This document shows, one piece after another, positions 1 through 12,718 of a stretch of 64,000 nt of DNA; positions within the stretch are counted from its first letter, which is position 1; each line of letters starts with the position of its first letter. The DNA comes from Neoechinorhynchus agilis (Eukaryota; Animalia; Acanthocephala). The stretch is taken from contig CM121341.1 in the NCBI GenBank assembly GCA_051530055.1, positions 13,494,784 to 13,558,783 on the forward strand, read 5' to 3'. A model generated the notes under the pieces. The model worked only from the letters and a program-made list of their open reading frames with translations. It was not told the DNA's origin and ran no database searches. The position numbers and the translations under genes were made by a program.

Positions 1-22
1 AAAACCTTATTTTTCTCTCTAG

Positions 23-1509
23 TTTTGTTTGACATTAGGAAACCGGATATGAATTACGAACAAACAACGAAAATAAAGGATATTATACCTGGTCCAGCAA
101 CAGCCGTTGATTGGTTCTCTTCATCGAATCAATACATGTTTGTACTAGCTTATTCCAATGGAGTGGTAAATGCTTTAACATAAATTATAAGCCTCATTTC
201 ACCTTAAAAAAGATGAGGTTTTGGGATGCTCGAAACTTAGCAGAAATAGTGGCAGCTACTCAACTGAAGGATCACAGCATTAACACAATGCTAATTTCAC
301 CAATTACAGTAAGCAATCCATACAAGGAACAAATAGTTAGAGCATTTTTCCCAATACAGGATAATATAACGATCACAGGCAGTCTTCATGGCTCTTTGTG
401 TTTCATAGAAGGCACCTATGCAGACCCGTCATCCATCGATTTGACACGATTTTCCGGACTGACTGGTCCTGTGTTAAATATCGACGCACATTCAACACTG
501 CCAAGTCTTCTATTGACCTCTGATTGCCAAAACGTAAAGATTTTTTCATCATATTATCACTCCAAGGACATCCATACGACAAGGTTCTTATATCTATCAT
601 TTTGCCTAGGTACATTTCAGCGAAATTACGTTAAGGATTGCTAATGAGATGTCAGTCGGAGCTCGTTGGCTACAGGGTCCAACGAGTCTCTTTGCGTCCG
701 CGCATACGAATGGAATTGTGAATATTTGGTCCGTGGACGAGCGACGCGGAAATCCTGCTTTTTCTACAATTGTAAGACTGTTTTAGATATTGCATTTTTT
801 AAGGATGATATTCGCGTTGAATAGGTAGGTTCTAACTGTACCGCAATGACAGTTAGTCCACATGGATATAATCCAATCATTGTTGGGAATAAAGAAGGTG
901 CATTGAACCTAGTTCAACTGAGTCCGAATATACAAATTGAACATAATTTTGAGAATACTCATTATGTAGGTTTAATTTGCACTTTTCCTTGTGAATCATT
1001 CTTATTTTCAGTTTGAAGCAAAAGCTCTTATTCGCCGAAGGAGACAGGATAACGTTGATAATTTATATTCATATATCGATAACGTTCTAAATGAAGCAAA
1101 AAAGAAAAATCCGTTTCAAGAATCGACCGGGTCTGGAGAATCTGGCGCGGATACACATGTGGACGATTACGAAAAAAACAATAATTACGAACGCGAGGAT
1201 CATTCAGATTCAGAAATTATTGAAACGTCAAAAAGTTCAATGATGAAGTGGAGTTTTAGCGAGGAGGAGATAAATAATATCAATAACGAGGTTGATAGTG
1301 TCTTAGAGAACATCAGTCAAGTACAAAGTGAAAGTCTAATTGGCAAATCATCGGCAGTCGACACGATATATTCAGGTGTAAATTTTGAACACTTTGATAG
1401 GTTATATGGTGAAACAAATAGTGAAGATTTGAGTGACATCCTAGAGATTCTAGCAAAAGTCAAATTGACGGATATCGCGGATGATCTGGAGAGTGATGAT
1501 GTTAATTGA
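23..1509 (+). CDS. Multi-exon WD40-repeat protein, 5' part outside window, acidic C-terminal tail (dynein intermediate chain-like is possible but unproven)
   Basis: WD-type segments VLAYSNGV|MRFWDAR, LLLTSDCQNVKIF and FASAHTNGIVNIWSV can be joined by GT-AG introns (e.g. 166-212); last exon is ORF 991-1509. Confidence 0.6.
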
Positions 1510-3147
1510 TAAAAACCAATCCATTAGTTTATAAAAGCGAATTACGGTGAAGAATTAGTAATTAATCCATGCATTACAGAATTAAAAAGTTGCACATCTT
1601 TACCGCAGTGACTACATTTTGACGACGAAAGAAGTGTTTTCACTTACATTTCACTCTCGTAATGTTGCTGGGGTTTAACTGTACACTGAACCGTGACCTA
1701 TCGCGGTTGAATGAAGAGCTAACCCACTTAACCGTCGAATCATTACATTTTCGCCTTATAACAATTCAAATTCGAAATTTTGCGTGCAAAGAAAAGATGA
1801 TTGGCCGTTTTGTTACGGTAAAAGTATTAAAAAAATTGTTTATATTATTTTACCTACAAATATATCCATATCCTCTTAATTTGAATACTGTTTCAAATCC
1901 CAAGGGTATGAATGTTTACCTGAGGAATTAGCAATCTTAGAGGGTAAGTCGTTTTTATTGCTACATCACTTTTGCTACCTTCGAGAATAATTCAATTAAA
2001 ATAGAGATTTAACTACTCGTTTTGGTTACTGGCACCACATCTCGGTTTGTGAAAGATAACAAAACGGTGCTACACCCGCGATAAATACAAGCGGCACCAA
2101 CTATCTAAAAGATGAAAGTGGAGATTGAATATTTCACTTAATCATTCAAAAAACCATTCTTATATCGAAGTAAAAAAATAAATTGAAAGTCGTCCATTTA
2201 TAAATATACGAAGGCAGGTTAAGTATAGACGTTAGAGCACTGCAAAAAAATTTCTTTTTAGAATAATTTAGTTAACAAGTATCATATTTTACGTGACAAA
2301 CTACCAAAATGTCACGTACTTTGATTAAAAACGGTTTTTATAACAAGCCCACAAATATAGTTAAAATAAAGATAATTTAAATTTAATCACCTCTACAAAT
2401 AGCACGTTTTGCAATCTTAAAAGCTCCTGATGAATTATTGTCGACTGATAATCAAACGCGACTGTAATTATTGACTGCCATTTTAACTTTTTGATAGCAT
2501 GAGAAGATAATAGCCAACAGTAAGTTCAAAACATTGCGCTTATACGTTATTTTAGTTTCTACTTCAAAGTTCATTGAGTAACCAACAAACACTCAGCAGT
2601 TTGACATCAGCATTGTTTGCTGAATTCGACAACTTTATACAAGAATGGTGACTAAGAATATATGAGCATTTTATCTTTAAAGTACGAGATTCTAGACTGC
2701 TTTGGCGTCAGAATTTTGAAAACAAATGATTTTTGTGTATGAACTGAATAATCGATATTTTTGTATTAGATAATAGAAAAAGTATTTTGGGAAGCAAAGG
2801 AAAATATATTTTTGTTAAATTGCACTCCGGCCGAGATAAATAAAATGGCATTTTTCCAAAAGGTCTAAACAAAATCGCATGCCAAAATTAATAATGCTGG
2901 AGCTTTGCATGCGGAATTGGACACATACCCTAAAAATTGGTTATTTTGATGAATATTTCGGCATTTGATTCAAAATAATGTTAGCCCTCAGTTTTAGATA
3001 AGCAACACATAAATTTCTGGTATATAAATTATTGATGAATATTAATATCATAATCATATTCGGAAAACAACAATATTTTCCAACGCTAGAAATCGGTAGA
3101 ACCCCCCCGGTTCTAATAACGGCTAGGAATTTCCTGAAAGCATCGCA

Positions 3148-4017
3148 ATGTTCACCGACAATCAAGAAATCGAACCGGGATCCTTCTACCAGAAATACGT
3201 TAAAATGATCACCACCAAATGGAAGACCCGGAAGCAAGCCGACTTCATAACGGCTAACTATCTCATTGTAAGAGCAGACCATGAGTGTTTGGTTACCTTT
3301 TTTAAAGAAGCTGCTTATCTGCAATTCTCTGATTATCCTCAACTGATGTTCAAGGATAAATCTGTCGCCATCGATTACCTAAAGAAAAGAAAGGATGTAA
3401 TAGAAATGATCACTAAAAAGGATTGTGAAGGAGCTCGAAATATTATTAATGAAAGGTGGAATTCGCTTCTTGAACGACACGAGCAACTCGAATTTATTTT
3501 GCGTTGCCAGGAATTGCTAGACAAAATGTCCGACAATCACGATCCTGTTGGAGCCCTGCGATTCGCACGAGAGCATTTGAGCAGGTTTATGTTCAAAACT
3601 AGAGCAAGAGATCGCTCAATATTTAAAATAATGTCCATGGTTACATTGAAAGATCCCAAAAATTCCACTTTTTCTTATTTGCTCCTGGACGAAAAACGAG
3701 TACGAACTTCGAAGAAGGTGAATTTATTGTTGATGCGGGAAACTGAGCGATTAGCAGCAATGGATGCCTTTGATGAAGAGGACATTAAACTCGATCCAAT
3801 TCCCGATTCGAACTTGTACAGCGCCTACATGGCGTCTTTTACTATGATATCGATTATTGGACTTTTGGAGAACATGGAATATGACGTGGATCCAGCAACG
3901 GAGATCAAGCTCTTGGATGTATTTCCTTTGCAATTTCATGGCACTCCATCTGCTCACACAAGACAACAAGTGCAGGAAAGTAGAGAATCCAACATCGGTA
4001 GACATGATCTACAATGA
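3148..4017 (+). CDS. LisH/CTLH-CRA domain protein (GID8/TWA1-like), copy 1 with a private C-terminus
   Basis: ANYLIVRADHECLVTFFKE (LisH-like) and LEFILRCQELLDKM..PVGALRFAREHL (CTLH/CRA-like); near-identical to 10072-10575 and 41503-42240 up to about 3891. Confidence 0.6.
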   Translation: MFTDNQEIEPGSFYQKYVKMITTKWKTRKQADFITANYLIVRADHECLVTFFKEAAYLQFSDYPQLMFKDKSVAIDYLKKRKDVIEMITKKDCEGARNIINERWNSLLERHEQLEFILRCQELLDKMSDNHDPVGALRFAREHLSRFMFKTRARDRSIFKIMSMVTLKDPKNSTFSYLLLDEKRVRTSKKVNLLLMRETERLAAMDAFDEEDIKLDPIPDSNLYSAYMASFTMISIIGLLENMEYDVDPATEIKLLDVFPLQFHGTPSAHTRQQVQESRESNIGRHDLQ

Positions 4018-4049
4018 CATTGATATTTTTAAATTAAATATTTCTATTT

Positions 4050-4205
4050 TTATGTCGATATGTGGGGTACCGAGGTACATGATTAGGATTATTGTTTAGG
4101 TTATCACCCGGTAAATAATTTTTTACTAAAGACGTTTCGAACCTCGTGGGGCTTAGTATTCGACGATATTCGAAACGTCTTTAGTAAAAATTATTTAACA
4201 AGTGA
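4050..4205. mobile_element. Palindromic short element, family B (Penelope pLTR/hammerhead-like arms)
   Basis: Inverted arms aataatttttactaaagacgtttcgaa / ttcgaaacgtctttagtaaaaattattt; related copies near 20215, 34203 and 47895. Confidence 0.7.
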
Positions 4206-4748
4206 CATCGCCGACATAAAGGAACGACAAATTCTGTAAACTTACAGATCAAAAAACACTGAATTACAGAGAGCTTTAGCATACGAAATCCACCAGATAC
4301 CTGAACTGGAGAAATATCGAAATCGGCTGAAAATTAAATCTGAAGGCTACGTATTAAAATCGATGGTAAATGATAAAATTACTGTTTTTGTTTGAAGATT
4401 GAAATATTCATGCTTGTTTATGGCATAAAAATTAAAAGAATTTATTAAATCCGATATTTCAGCACACAATCTTGTGCCTTTATCAAGGTTGTTTAAGTGT
4501 TTTATTTGTACAGTGCTCTTTTAGATGCTTGATTTTTCCCGTAGTTAAGGGAGATTTCCTTTCGTCGAGGAGATCGTTCGGTTTTCCGGACTCATGGACA
4601 CCTCCATGTTTTAGCATTTTTATGGGTGGCTCAACCGGTAGTCCTTTTGATAGATATTTTATTTTTCCATACACGGCCGAATGGACACACTGTCCACCGA
4701 TTTCGGTTTGGGAAGCGCTGGTCTGCGCTCAATGCCCCAAAACCGTAA

Positions 4749-5023
4749 GGTTATAAGTTTGTACATTCCTCCGGAATGTCAGATACCTCCAGGAGGCGGG
4801 ACTCATCAGTGAGTTTCCTCCCTTCAGCGGTATTTCGTCGTGCTGAGGTGATCAAGTGGACTAATTCTCCAGATCCCAGTTGGGGTCAACAGGTTGGAAT
4901 CCGTTACCACCAATGACGCACAATCGAAAGGGAACGAAATACCGCTGAAGGGAGGAAACTCATTGATGAGTCCCGTCTCCTGGAGGTATCTGAGAATCCG
5001 GAGGGATGTACAAACTTATAACC
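4749..5023. mobile_element. MITE-like element, family A, ~90-bp TIRs with tRNA-like core
   Basis: 4749-4838 is the near-perfect reverse complement of 4935-5023; partial copies at 34509-34655, 29157-29196 and 29845-29885. Confidence 0.8.
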
Positions 5024-5509
5024 GTATGGATGTTTAAACTTCCACAAATATTAAATTTTACAAATTATATTAAGAAGCAATTTAAAATGAAATAAAACCT
5101 TCTATAAAAATATCTTGTCTAAAGAATAAACTGCTTTGCTTAGATCCAGTTGAATTAATAATATATTTACAATTCATGGAATAGAGTTCGAAAAGATTAT
5201 GGAATGCGGTGGAGAGATTCTAATGAATGTACTAATTTAGAAATCATCACACGTTGAGGACACGAGATGATGGCGTTTTGTATAGCTATTTGTCGATATT
5301 GAGCCCTAAAACTTAGGAATAAAGATTGTTTTAAGCGTATTGATTTTTGATACAATATCATTGTCCAATTTAGTATGATAAAATTTATTAAAAAGATCTT
5401 GTAGTAAGCTGGTTCATTGAGGGGATTTTTTTGGAGAATACGGTTAAAATCCCTTGACTTATTGGGTTTAGATGCCTGCGCCGCTTAACAGCTACAAATT
5501 TTAAATAAA

Positions 5510-7419
5510 AGGATCGAGCAAAAAGTAGGGATGCCTCTTCGCCCTACACAGTTAGGCTGCTGTACACCTTGTGGCGCAGAGGCGATTGTTCGTTCACTCC
5601 ACACGTTCATCACCGGAAACTTAAAGCGGCCCGTGATCCTGAAATGTGATTTCAAAAATGCAGTCAACACGGTTGACCGAGCAGATTTGCTCGAAGTTGT
5701 GAGAGATCCCGCACCAGAAGCATTTCGCTATTTCGTTAATGCCTACAGGACTCCAACACGCTTGTTGTTCAATAACCACGTTTTGTGGTCAGAAAGAGGA
5801 GTTCAACAATGGGATCCTTTGGGCCCATTGGCCTTCTCACTCGCATTCAATCCAGTCGCGCACTCTCTCCAGTCCAACTGCGCGATTTGGAGACGCTCGT
5901 GAAGAAGATGGCGAAAATTGGCATTTAATTGAATGCTGCGAAATGCGAGATTTTAGATATGAACGTGGAAGAAGCGTCCAGGCAAACTATCGTGAAAGAT
6001 TATCAGAACCTGGCCCTCGGGATAGAATCGATCACTCTAGACCGGTTGATTCTTCTAGAATGTTGCATTTTTTGCTTTAATGTAGAAGCAGAGCTTGCCA
6101 ATCTTCAACCGCAACTTTCGGTGCTGTGCGAATGAGTTGATGAATTATCTTCAAACGAGGCTTTGTTCCTGATAAAGAACACCCTCTTTATTCAAAAACT
6201 GCTTTATAAGCTGCGCACAGCCCCTTTTCTTAGACACAAGGATAAGCTAGCAAAATTAGACGAGACATCGGTGTTCTGCATTTAGGCGCATATTCAACAA
6301 AAATACCGCGAACTAACAATCTAGCAAATGGACGCGTGCACGTACATGTCCATAGACACGATCAGTATATGTGAAATGTGTGCTGTCGTCGTCACATTCG
6401 CCATCACAGGTGGAAACCCCTCTCGAGAAAATTTTAAATACTCAGCTATCGGACGAGGCCTGGCGTCAAGCTTCCTTGTCTGTGCCGTCCGGCGGTTTGG
6501 GTATCTGAAAAGCAGCCGATATTTCTCTGCCAGCTTATTTGGGATCGTATGAAGTAAGTCGCAAAATAGTTAAATCCGTCCTTTACGGGAATTACACTTT
6601 GGGTGAAGATTTCGTGGAGGCGCTTAATCTTTGGTGTGGAGATTCAGGCAGCGAGTAGGTACCCGTCAATGGTTCTGCCGTTGCGGTGCGACCGTGGAAC
6701 CATCGGGACGCCATGGTCCCGTCTGCGGCAATCAGGCGAAAGATACGACACGCCGCAGTGAGCGAAATTCTTATTCGTGCTCTGAATACTGTGAATACGC
6801 CCAACATCTTAGATCCGAGCAATCTTTGCCGACTCGATGGCAGCCGTATACCGGATGGTGTCACAGTATTTCCGTGGCGAGAAGGAAAATGCCTTCTCTG
6901 GGACGCCATTCGCAGCCAGCAACATAAAATTCGCCGTCATTAAAACAGGGGGGAGCAGCAACCGCCGCCGAGGAACGCAAAAGGATAAAATACAGTGACC
7001 TGAGTTGAAATCATTATTTTGTTCCATTTGGCGTCGAGACGCTCGGGTCGTTTGGTACTGCAGCGCAGGACCTGATCAAGGAATTGTCTAAGAGATCGAG
7101 ACGAATCACTGTCGATCCGAGATCATGAGCATTCCTCCTACAAAACATAAGTCTGACTGTGCAGCGAGGGAACGCTGCATCCGTCCTTTCGACCGTTACA
7201 CCACTAAGGCAGTTGAGTGATCCAGAGCGATGGTGTGAATGATCTTATGGCTTAAAATAAAATCTAGGAATTAAAAGGTAACAATTAAAACGTGTTATTA
7301 TACAAGAGATTTCTCCGTTCTATTTTCCAAGTAAAATATTTTTTCTTTTAGGAAACGTAAGGTAGTGGAGGTACATGCCCTGAACGAATCTCACACAGCG
7401 GAATCTGCTCTATAACCTT
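5510..7419 (+). mobile_element. Decayed 5'-truncated CRE-like non-LTR retrotransposon (RT plus restriction-like endonuclease)
   Basis: ILKCDFKNAVN and GVQQWDPLGP (RT motifs); CRCG..HG.VC, RH..V.EILIRAL, DGSRIPDGVTVFPW and QRGNAAS (RLE region); frameshifts and stops; 3' tail shared with 32815-33000. Confidence 0.85.
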
Positions 7420-7451
7420 CGAATAGGTAATTTCTCCTATCCAGCTAGCCA

Positions 7452-7839
7452 CTTTATCCTTCCAATTATTCGGACGCCTGTTCAACAACGTCCAATATAC
7501 TGCTTGGATAAAATCTTTTGCTCGCAGCTAAGAAAGTTCGATCCTTTCCAACTTAGAACTAGAATTTGATAAAGTAAAAACTTTTCATTAAGTTGTTATG
7601 CAAAGCAGAGTCACCAGTGAGGTTGGATAAGATGGTCTTTCTTGTATAGAAGATTCACCTTCTAACATACAAGAGATCCTTTAATAAAAGAAGTGGTTAA
7701 AAGATTGCGTTTGGTAGAAATTGAAAGGAGTAATTTCCTTCAAAGGTAACACGAGTTATATTATAACTCGATTGAATTTTCAAATCCGTTTAGATCCAAA
7801 TCGACCATTAGTTTTAAAGCAAATGATTTCATTACTTAG
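7452..7839 (+). CDS. Probable 3' exons of an unidentified spliced gene
   Basis: Short frames ending ...IKEVVKRLRLVEIERSNFLQ|RSKSTISFKANDFIT* joinable by GT-AG introns 7622-7673 and 7746-7793; no family recognised. Confidence 0.3.
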
Positions 7840-8306
7840 GAGCAGCTGTGGCTGAAGTTAAGTTTCTTTAGTATTATTTGACCTCTCTAAAGATTTAAGA
7901 GGTCTGAGATACTCATTCATAGTTTTTTAACACTAAGTTTTTGACACAAGTTAAAAAATGCATATTCGCATTGTATTTGTAAATAAAATGTTTCTATTCC
8001 GAGATTTCTGCTCATTTCGTAGTTCGTCCAAAGAACGGCGATTTCGTTTCATTAAACCAGATTCCAATTATTTCTGTTGTAAATTTCAATAAAAAATTCG
8101 TTCGTTTTCATCTAATGAGACTGTCAAAAAGTTTGTCTTTCATTAAATTATAAAGTTATTTAAGGGGGCGTTCGTTTATAGCTTTATTTTCTATGATTTT
8201 AGAATCAAACATGTAATTTTAAATGATTTTAAACCAGAAAAATGCAATAAAATGTTTTAGTTTCTTCGATTGAAACCAAATGGAAAAGTGTTATATGCAG
8301 CAATGG

Positions 8307-8378
8307 AGGTCCCGCCGAGAGTTGAACTCGGGTCGCTGGATTCAGAGTCCAAAGTGCTAACCACTACACCACGGGACC
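8307..8378 (-). tRNA. tRNA-Gln, anticodon CTG
   Basis: Reverse complement GGTCCCGTGGTGTAGTGGTTAGCACTTTGGACTCTGAATCCAGCGACCCGAGTTCAACTCTCGGCGGGACCT, 72 nt, full cloverleaf with paired acceptor stem. Confidence 0.97.
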
Positions 8379-9076
8379 GAAATTATATACAAAATAGTGC
8401 TTCAAATGTAGATCAAAAATGTTTAAAAGTTTCAATTTTCATTGAATCGGTTGTAATCTTGAAATAATCAATAGAATAAAATTTAACCATTATTCTGCTC
8501 CTCAGGATGATGGATCGATTAAGGTGTTGATTCCGAAGGAAGTACTATTTCTTAACGACAAATCACCTCATTTAAAAAAACGAGCCTGGTCAACCGAGTT
8601 TCTTGAGCCAAAAAAGTACAAGAATTTTACTAAAGAATCGAAAACTATTGAAAAAATTTCGAAAGCGTACCGCCGACGAGGACATTTTTGAATTTTAAAT
8701 AACTTTAAATCAAAATTTGCACTACGGCAGCCCTAAAAGAGTTCAAAAGCCCCATACAGTTAAATCTGTGCCAGCAACTTTTGTGTCACTCATAAAATTA
8801 ATTCTCCTCTGCTCCTAAAATTAATTCTCCCTTAAATAGTACGAAAAGTCGTCCGAAATCGATTGAAAAATACGGAAAGACTACTCGCAATCAAGGGCTT
8901 TATAAAGAAAACGTAGTTCAAATTCATCTCGGCTTGATCTGAACCGCAATCGACAGCCCACGAATATCGTAGCAGATCAAAAATTGATCATCCTTGAACA
9001 AAAGGTGGTTAAGCGTCTTCAGAAGCACAGACTCCCACCTTCCCGACGATAGAAACATCCTTCTTTTATTATCGGG

Positions 9077-9733
9077 TTAATAGATTCGATGAGGCCGTCC
9101 CATTGTACTTTTGATGTGGATAGCCTTAATGTTTTGCCAACCTTTTTTAGTTAAAGAAGCCAAATAATTTATACCAATATTGATATTCGTGGCAATATCT
9201 TCACGGTTAAGTCCAACATTAGCAATTGCAAGATGCAAGCACATCTCGCGTTTCATTTGAAACTTTATAGTACTCTTGACCTCTTCGATTTTTTCCATCA
9301 AATTTTCAGAATGACTTATTGGAGTGGGGAATTTACCAGCTTTGTTAAATCCGGGACCTACAACTCTTGGAATTTGTTTGATGATTGTGTCGGACGCGAG
9401 GAAAGCGTGGTACGATCTTACCAGCTTCTTTATCTTCTTTTTGTCTTTATTGAGTTTCTTAAGATCGTCCAAAGTCATACAAGGAATTTCGACTGCTTTC
9501 GCTTGATCGCAATGAACTTCATCACCAAGAACGCAAACTGTAAATCGCGGTCGAGGGGCGTACGGAATTCTGATAGAACCAGCGAATCGCTTATCGCGTT
9601 TAGGATCAAAATTCTTCAGAACAACAATCAACTCAACGGTTTCCGTAAATTTGCGCTGCTTTTCCTGGCTGCCATCGAGCACAGATTGAACGGCATCCAG
9701 TAAAGTTTCTTGAGAAAGCTTCGATCGACTCAT
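9077..9733 (-). CDS. RPL10A: 60S ribosomal protein L10a (uL1), intronless
   Basis: RKFTETVELIVVLKNFDPKRDKRFAGSIRIP, AFLASDTIIKQIPRVVGPGFNKAGKFP and KKGWQNIKAIHIKSTMG; start taken at MSRSKL. Confidence 0.97.
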   Translation of the reverse strand: MSRSKLSQETLLDAVQSVLDGSQEKQRKFTETVELIVVLKNFDPKRDKRFAGSIRIPYAPRPRFTVCVLGDEVHCDQAKAVEIPCMTLDDLKKLNKDKKKIKKLVRSYHAFLASDTIIKQIPRVVGPGFNKAGKFPTPISHSENLMEKIEEVKSTIKFQMKREMCLHLAIANVGLNREDIATNINIGINYLASLTKKGWQNIKAIHIKSTMGRPHRIY

Positions 9734-10071
9734 CGTCTTAGTGGAGAACAAAGAAAACGTTCGCTGGGTTTCGCTCCCAAAGAAACGAAAGAACAGCAAG
9801 AATGGCGACTTTGTAGATCTCAGATTGGTGAAATTTTGAGACGCTATCGCTCATTCAAAAGATTTGGTCGGTTTCTTTCATACGATTTCTACGATTTTGA
9901 GTTCTTTGTTCAATACATACAAGTTGCTCTCGAGTACATTTGCTTGAAAATGGGTCTTGCGGGCCACTGGACTTCGATTTCCAGAGCCGATCTCGGTAAG
10001 GAATTTGTGACGGCAACTTATCGCATTAGAAGCCTTTTCAAACTTGATCATATTGCCAGCGTCTGATGTAA

Positions 10072-10575
10072 ATGCTTAGCGGTTCTGGAACTCAAAGTTG
10101 CTATGAAATGTGGAATTCGCTTCTTGAACGACACGAGCAACTCGAATTTATTTTGCGTTGCCAAGAATTGCTAGACAAAATGTCCGACAATCACGATCCT
10201 GTTGGAGCCCTGCGATTCGCACGAGAGCATTTGAGCAGGTTTATGTTCAAAACTAGAGCAAGAGACCGCTCAATATTTAAAATAATGTCCATGGTTACAT
10301 TGAAAGATCCCAAAAATTCCACTTTTTCTTATTTGCTCCTGGACGAAAAACGAGTACGAACTTCGAAGAAGGTGAATTTATTGTTGATGCGGGAAACTGA
10401 GCGATTAGCAGCAATGGATGCTTTTGATGAAGAGGACATTAAACTCGATCCAATTCCCGATTCGAACTTGTACAGCGCCTACATGGCGTCTTTTACTATG
10501 ATATCGATTATTGGACTTTTGGAGAACATGGAATATGACGTGGATTTGGGAGTTCTGGAACCCAAAATTGCTTAG
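10072..10575 (+). CDS. 5'-truncated or chimeric copy 2 of the LisH/CTLH gene (possibly a pseudogene)
   Basis: Matches copies 1 and 3 only from WNSLLERH (about 10110); the upstream 13 codons are unrelated and LisH is missing. Confidence 0.5.
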   Translation: MLSGSGTQSCYEMWNSLLERHEQLEFILRCQELLDKMSDNHDPVGALRFAREHLSRFMFKTRARDRSIFKIMSMVTLKDPKNSTFSYLLLDEKRVRTSKKVNLLLMRETERLAAMDAFDEEDIKLDPIPDSNLYSAYMASFTMISIIGLLENMEYDVDLGVLEPKIA

Positions 10576-12718
10576 ATTTCCAAAAAGCAAAGGTGTAAAT
10601 ATTTTCCGAAACTAATTTGCAGAAGTACCAAAGAACCAAGAAACCGATTTTCATACATTTCAACGCCTTATTAGATATTATTGATCTTCAAGGAATCGTG
10701 ATCAATAAATAGAAAGAATAAATATTTTTTAATGGAGTTCAATCTTCAGCCCATACCACTCGATACTCTACTCTTGCTCCGAATTCTCGCTCTTAGAATT
10801 GGTTTTAATTCGCAATGTCTTCTCGTATTGCCGAAACAGCTCGCCGGATTTGAGGCACTAATTTCCGATTAATTTCCAATCGTTGATCTATTCTGGGAAC
10901 TGTGCGGTCGTGTTTATTCTTTTTTGATTTGGCATCAGATTTCTCCGATGCCAATCTCCAAAACCTCCTACTCTCCCGAAATCGGTCACAACGCTTTGAT
11001 GTTTTCTGTTTTGAGCCACATTATTTCTTCATAGAATAAAATAAAAACGGGGAGTTTGATTCGTGAGTATCTTGGTTTTTTTACTAGTATACCGCTGTCC
11101 AGCTTAGCCTTATAAGGAGCAACACATCAGTAACGATTTGCTCGATTGAGTGCAAAGCGTTCTATTTGCATGATGTCTACCGAGAACTACTTTTATCGTG
11201 AATTTCGCAAAACAATTTGAGTAAATATCTCCTTTCGATAAGACATTCCATAAAGAGGCAGCGGGAGATTTCGAATTAAACTTCTGGACTATAAATATAT
11301 CAAAAATACCGAAGGGCAAGCAGCGAATATCTAATGAAGAATCGTTCTTTAGATTAAAATCGTTTTAATAAGCATCGATGTCCAATACAGAAACTTAAGA
11401 GTCTTGAATATGAGCAGAAATATTAGTCACAACTTTGTGTGGGCTCATAAGAAAGAACAAGGCTACGCCAATGCAAATCTCTTATATCAGTTTAAAAGTT
11501 TGGAAAATTAAAAACGATTTTGTTATCCTGGTCTCCAAAAAATATACATCGGAGGTTAATAAGTTTCTTATGTCATAAAATGTTGTTCGTTTTTTAATGC
11601 TATCAAGTAGAAATTTTATTAAATTTATTTGCATTAAAACAATGTTTTTATTTGTATCAAACAGTTCGCAAAGGTTCAACGCCACCGGTCGCTGGGTTTC
11701 ACGGGTGTGCGAAGCTGCTGGAAGGGGTGGGGTCAGGCTTGAGATCACCCATCGGCTCCAAAGGGGGTTGGCCCTGTTCCTTCGAGTGCGGCTAAGCGCC
11801 TCCGTTGTGTGCAAGTCAACCGAAAGGCTCCAAAGGAATATAGCCGCGAGGGCAAAAAGAAGATGTCACAAACTAACAAGAGTGTATGAGGCCTTGATAA
11901 TAAATAAAAACAGCTCGTGGGTTTAAACTGAATGCGAACTTTTAGCGCATTTGCTTCAAATCCAAAATCCTTGAGTTTCTCTAAATGCTCGAAATGTTAC
12001 TGTGCGAAAAGCAGAAAGTTTTTGAACGAACTTTAGAAAATAAAGTTCAAGATAGGCATCGACAAAAATTTAGCGAAACTTAGAAAATACCTAGGCACAA
12101 AAAACGAGGTGAGCGTGAACATACAACTGTAAACATCAATATTTCATATTACCTCTAAAGTAAATGTTGTGCTTTTTCTCGAAAAATATAGGCTAAAATT
12201 GCAAAGCAACCTCACATTTACAATCTATGCCTTTATATTTGTTATATAATGAAAACCTATGAAAAAAAGCTCGCGGTCATGATCACTTTAGGGAATACTG
12301 GAAAAATATTGTCTTTATTGACAAAAAGCGAATTATTTTCCTTCATAATTAACACACTTGTGAATGCTCTTGTGGTATTCTAGAAAGGGATTAATTTTTT
12401 TTTAATCCTATCCAGTCCCAAATGTATCCATTACAAGTTTTAGTTCGAATCCAGCGAACTTATCAAGTGATTTTGACGACTAAAACATAAACCGAAAATT
12501 AATCAATGAATTTAATTATTTTAAATCCTGTGCACATAATTAACCTATTACACAGCGTTAAAAATTATTCACGAATAAGAAATATAAAGAACAATTTTTT
12601 CTTCACATCGTGTGGCGAAATTTCGATGATTTTCTATTTGAAAGTCCTTACAACTGACATATAGAATATAGTTAATATTTTGCTCTTCGTTTCGTTGAAT
12701 AATGCTTAAATTTCTTAG

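Noticed and set aside
581-621. Apparent out-of-phase intron in the WD40 gene
   Set aside because: Resolved canonically using the downstream acceptor CATTTCAG|C; not counted as non-canonical.
4795-4830. gaaactcactgatgagtccc in family A arms, hammerhead-like words
   Set aside because: CTGATGA and GAAA are not arranged around viable stems in either orientation.
9233-9703. 156-aa ORF antisense to RPL10A, and similar shadow ORFs over LINEs, the satellite and the AT-hook repeats
   Set aside because: Explained as opposite-strand or alternative-frame by-products of real coding or repeat sequence.
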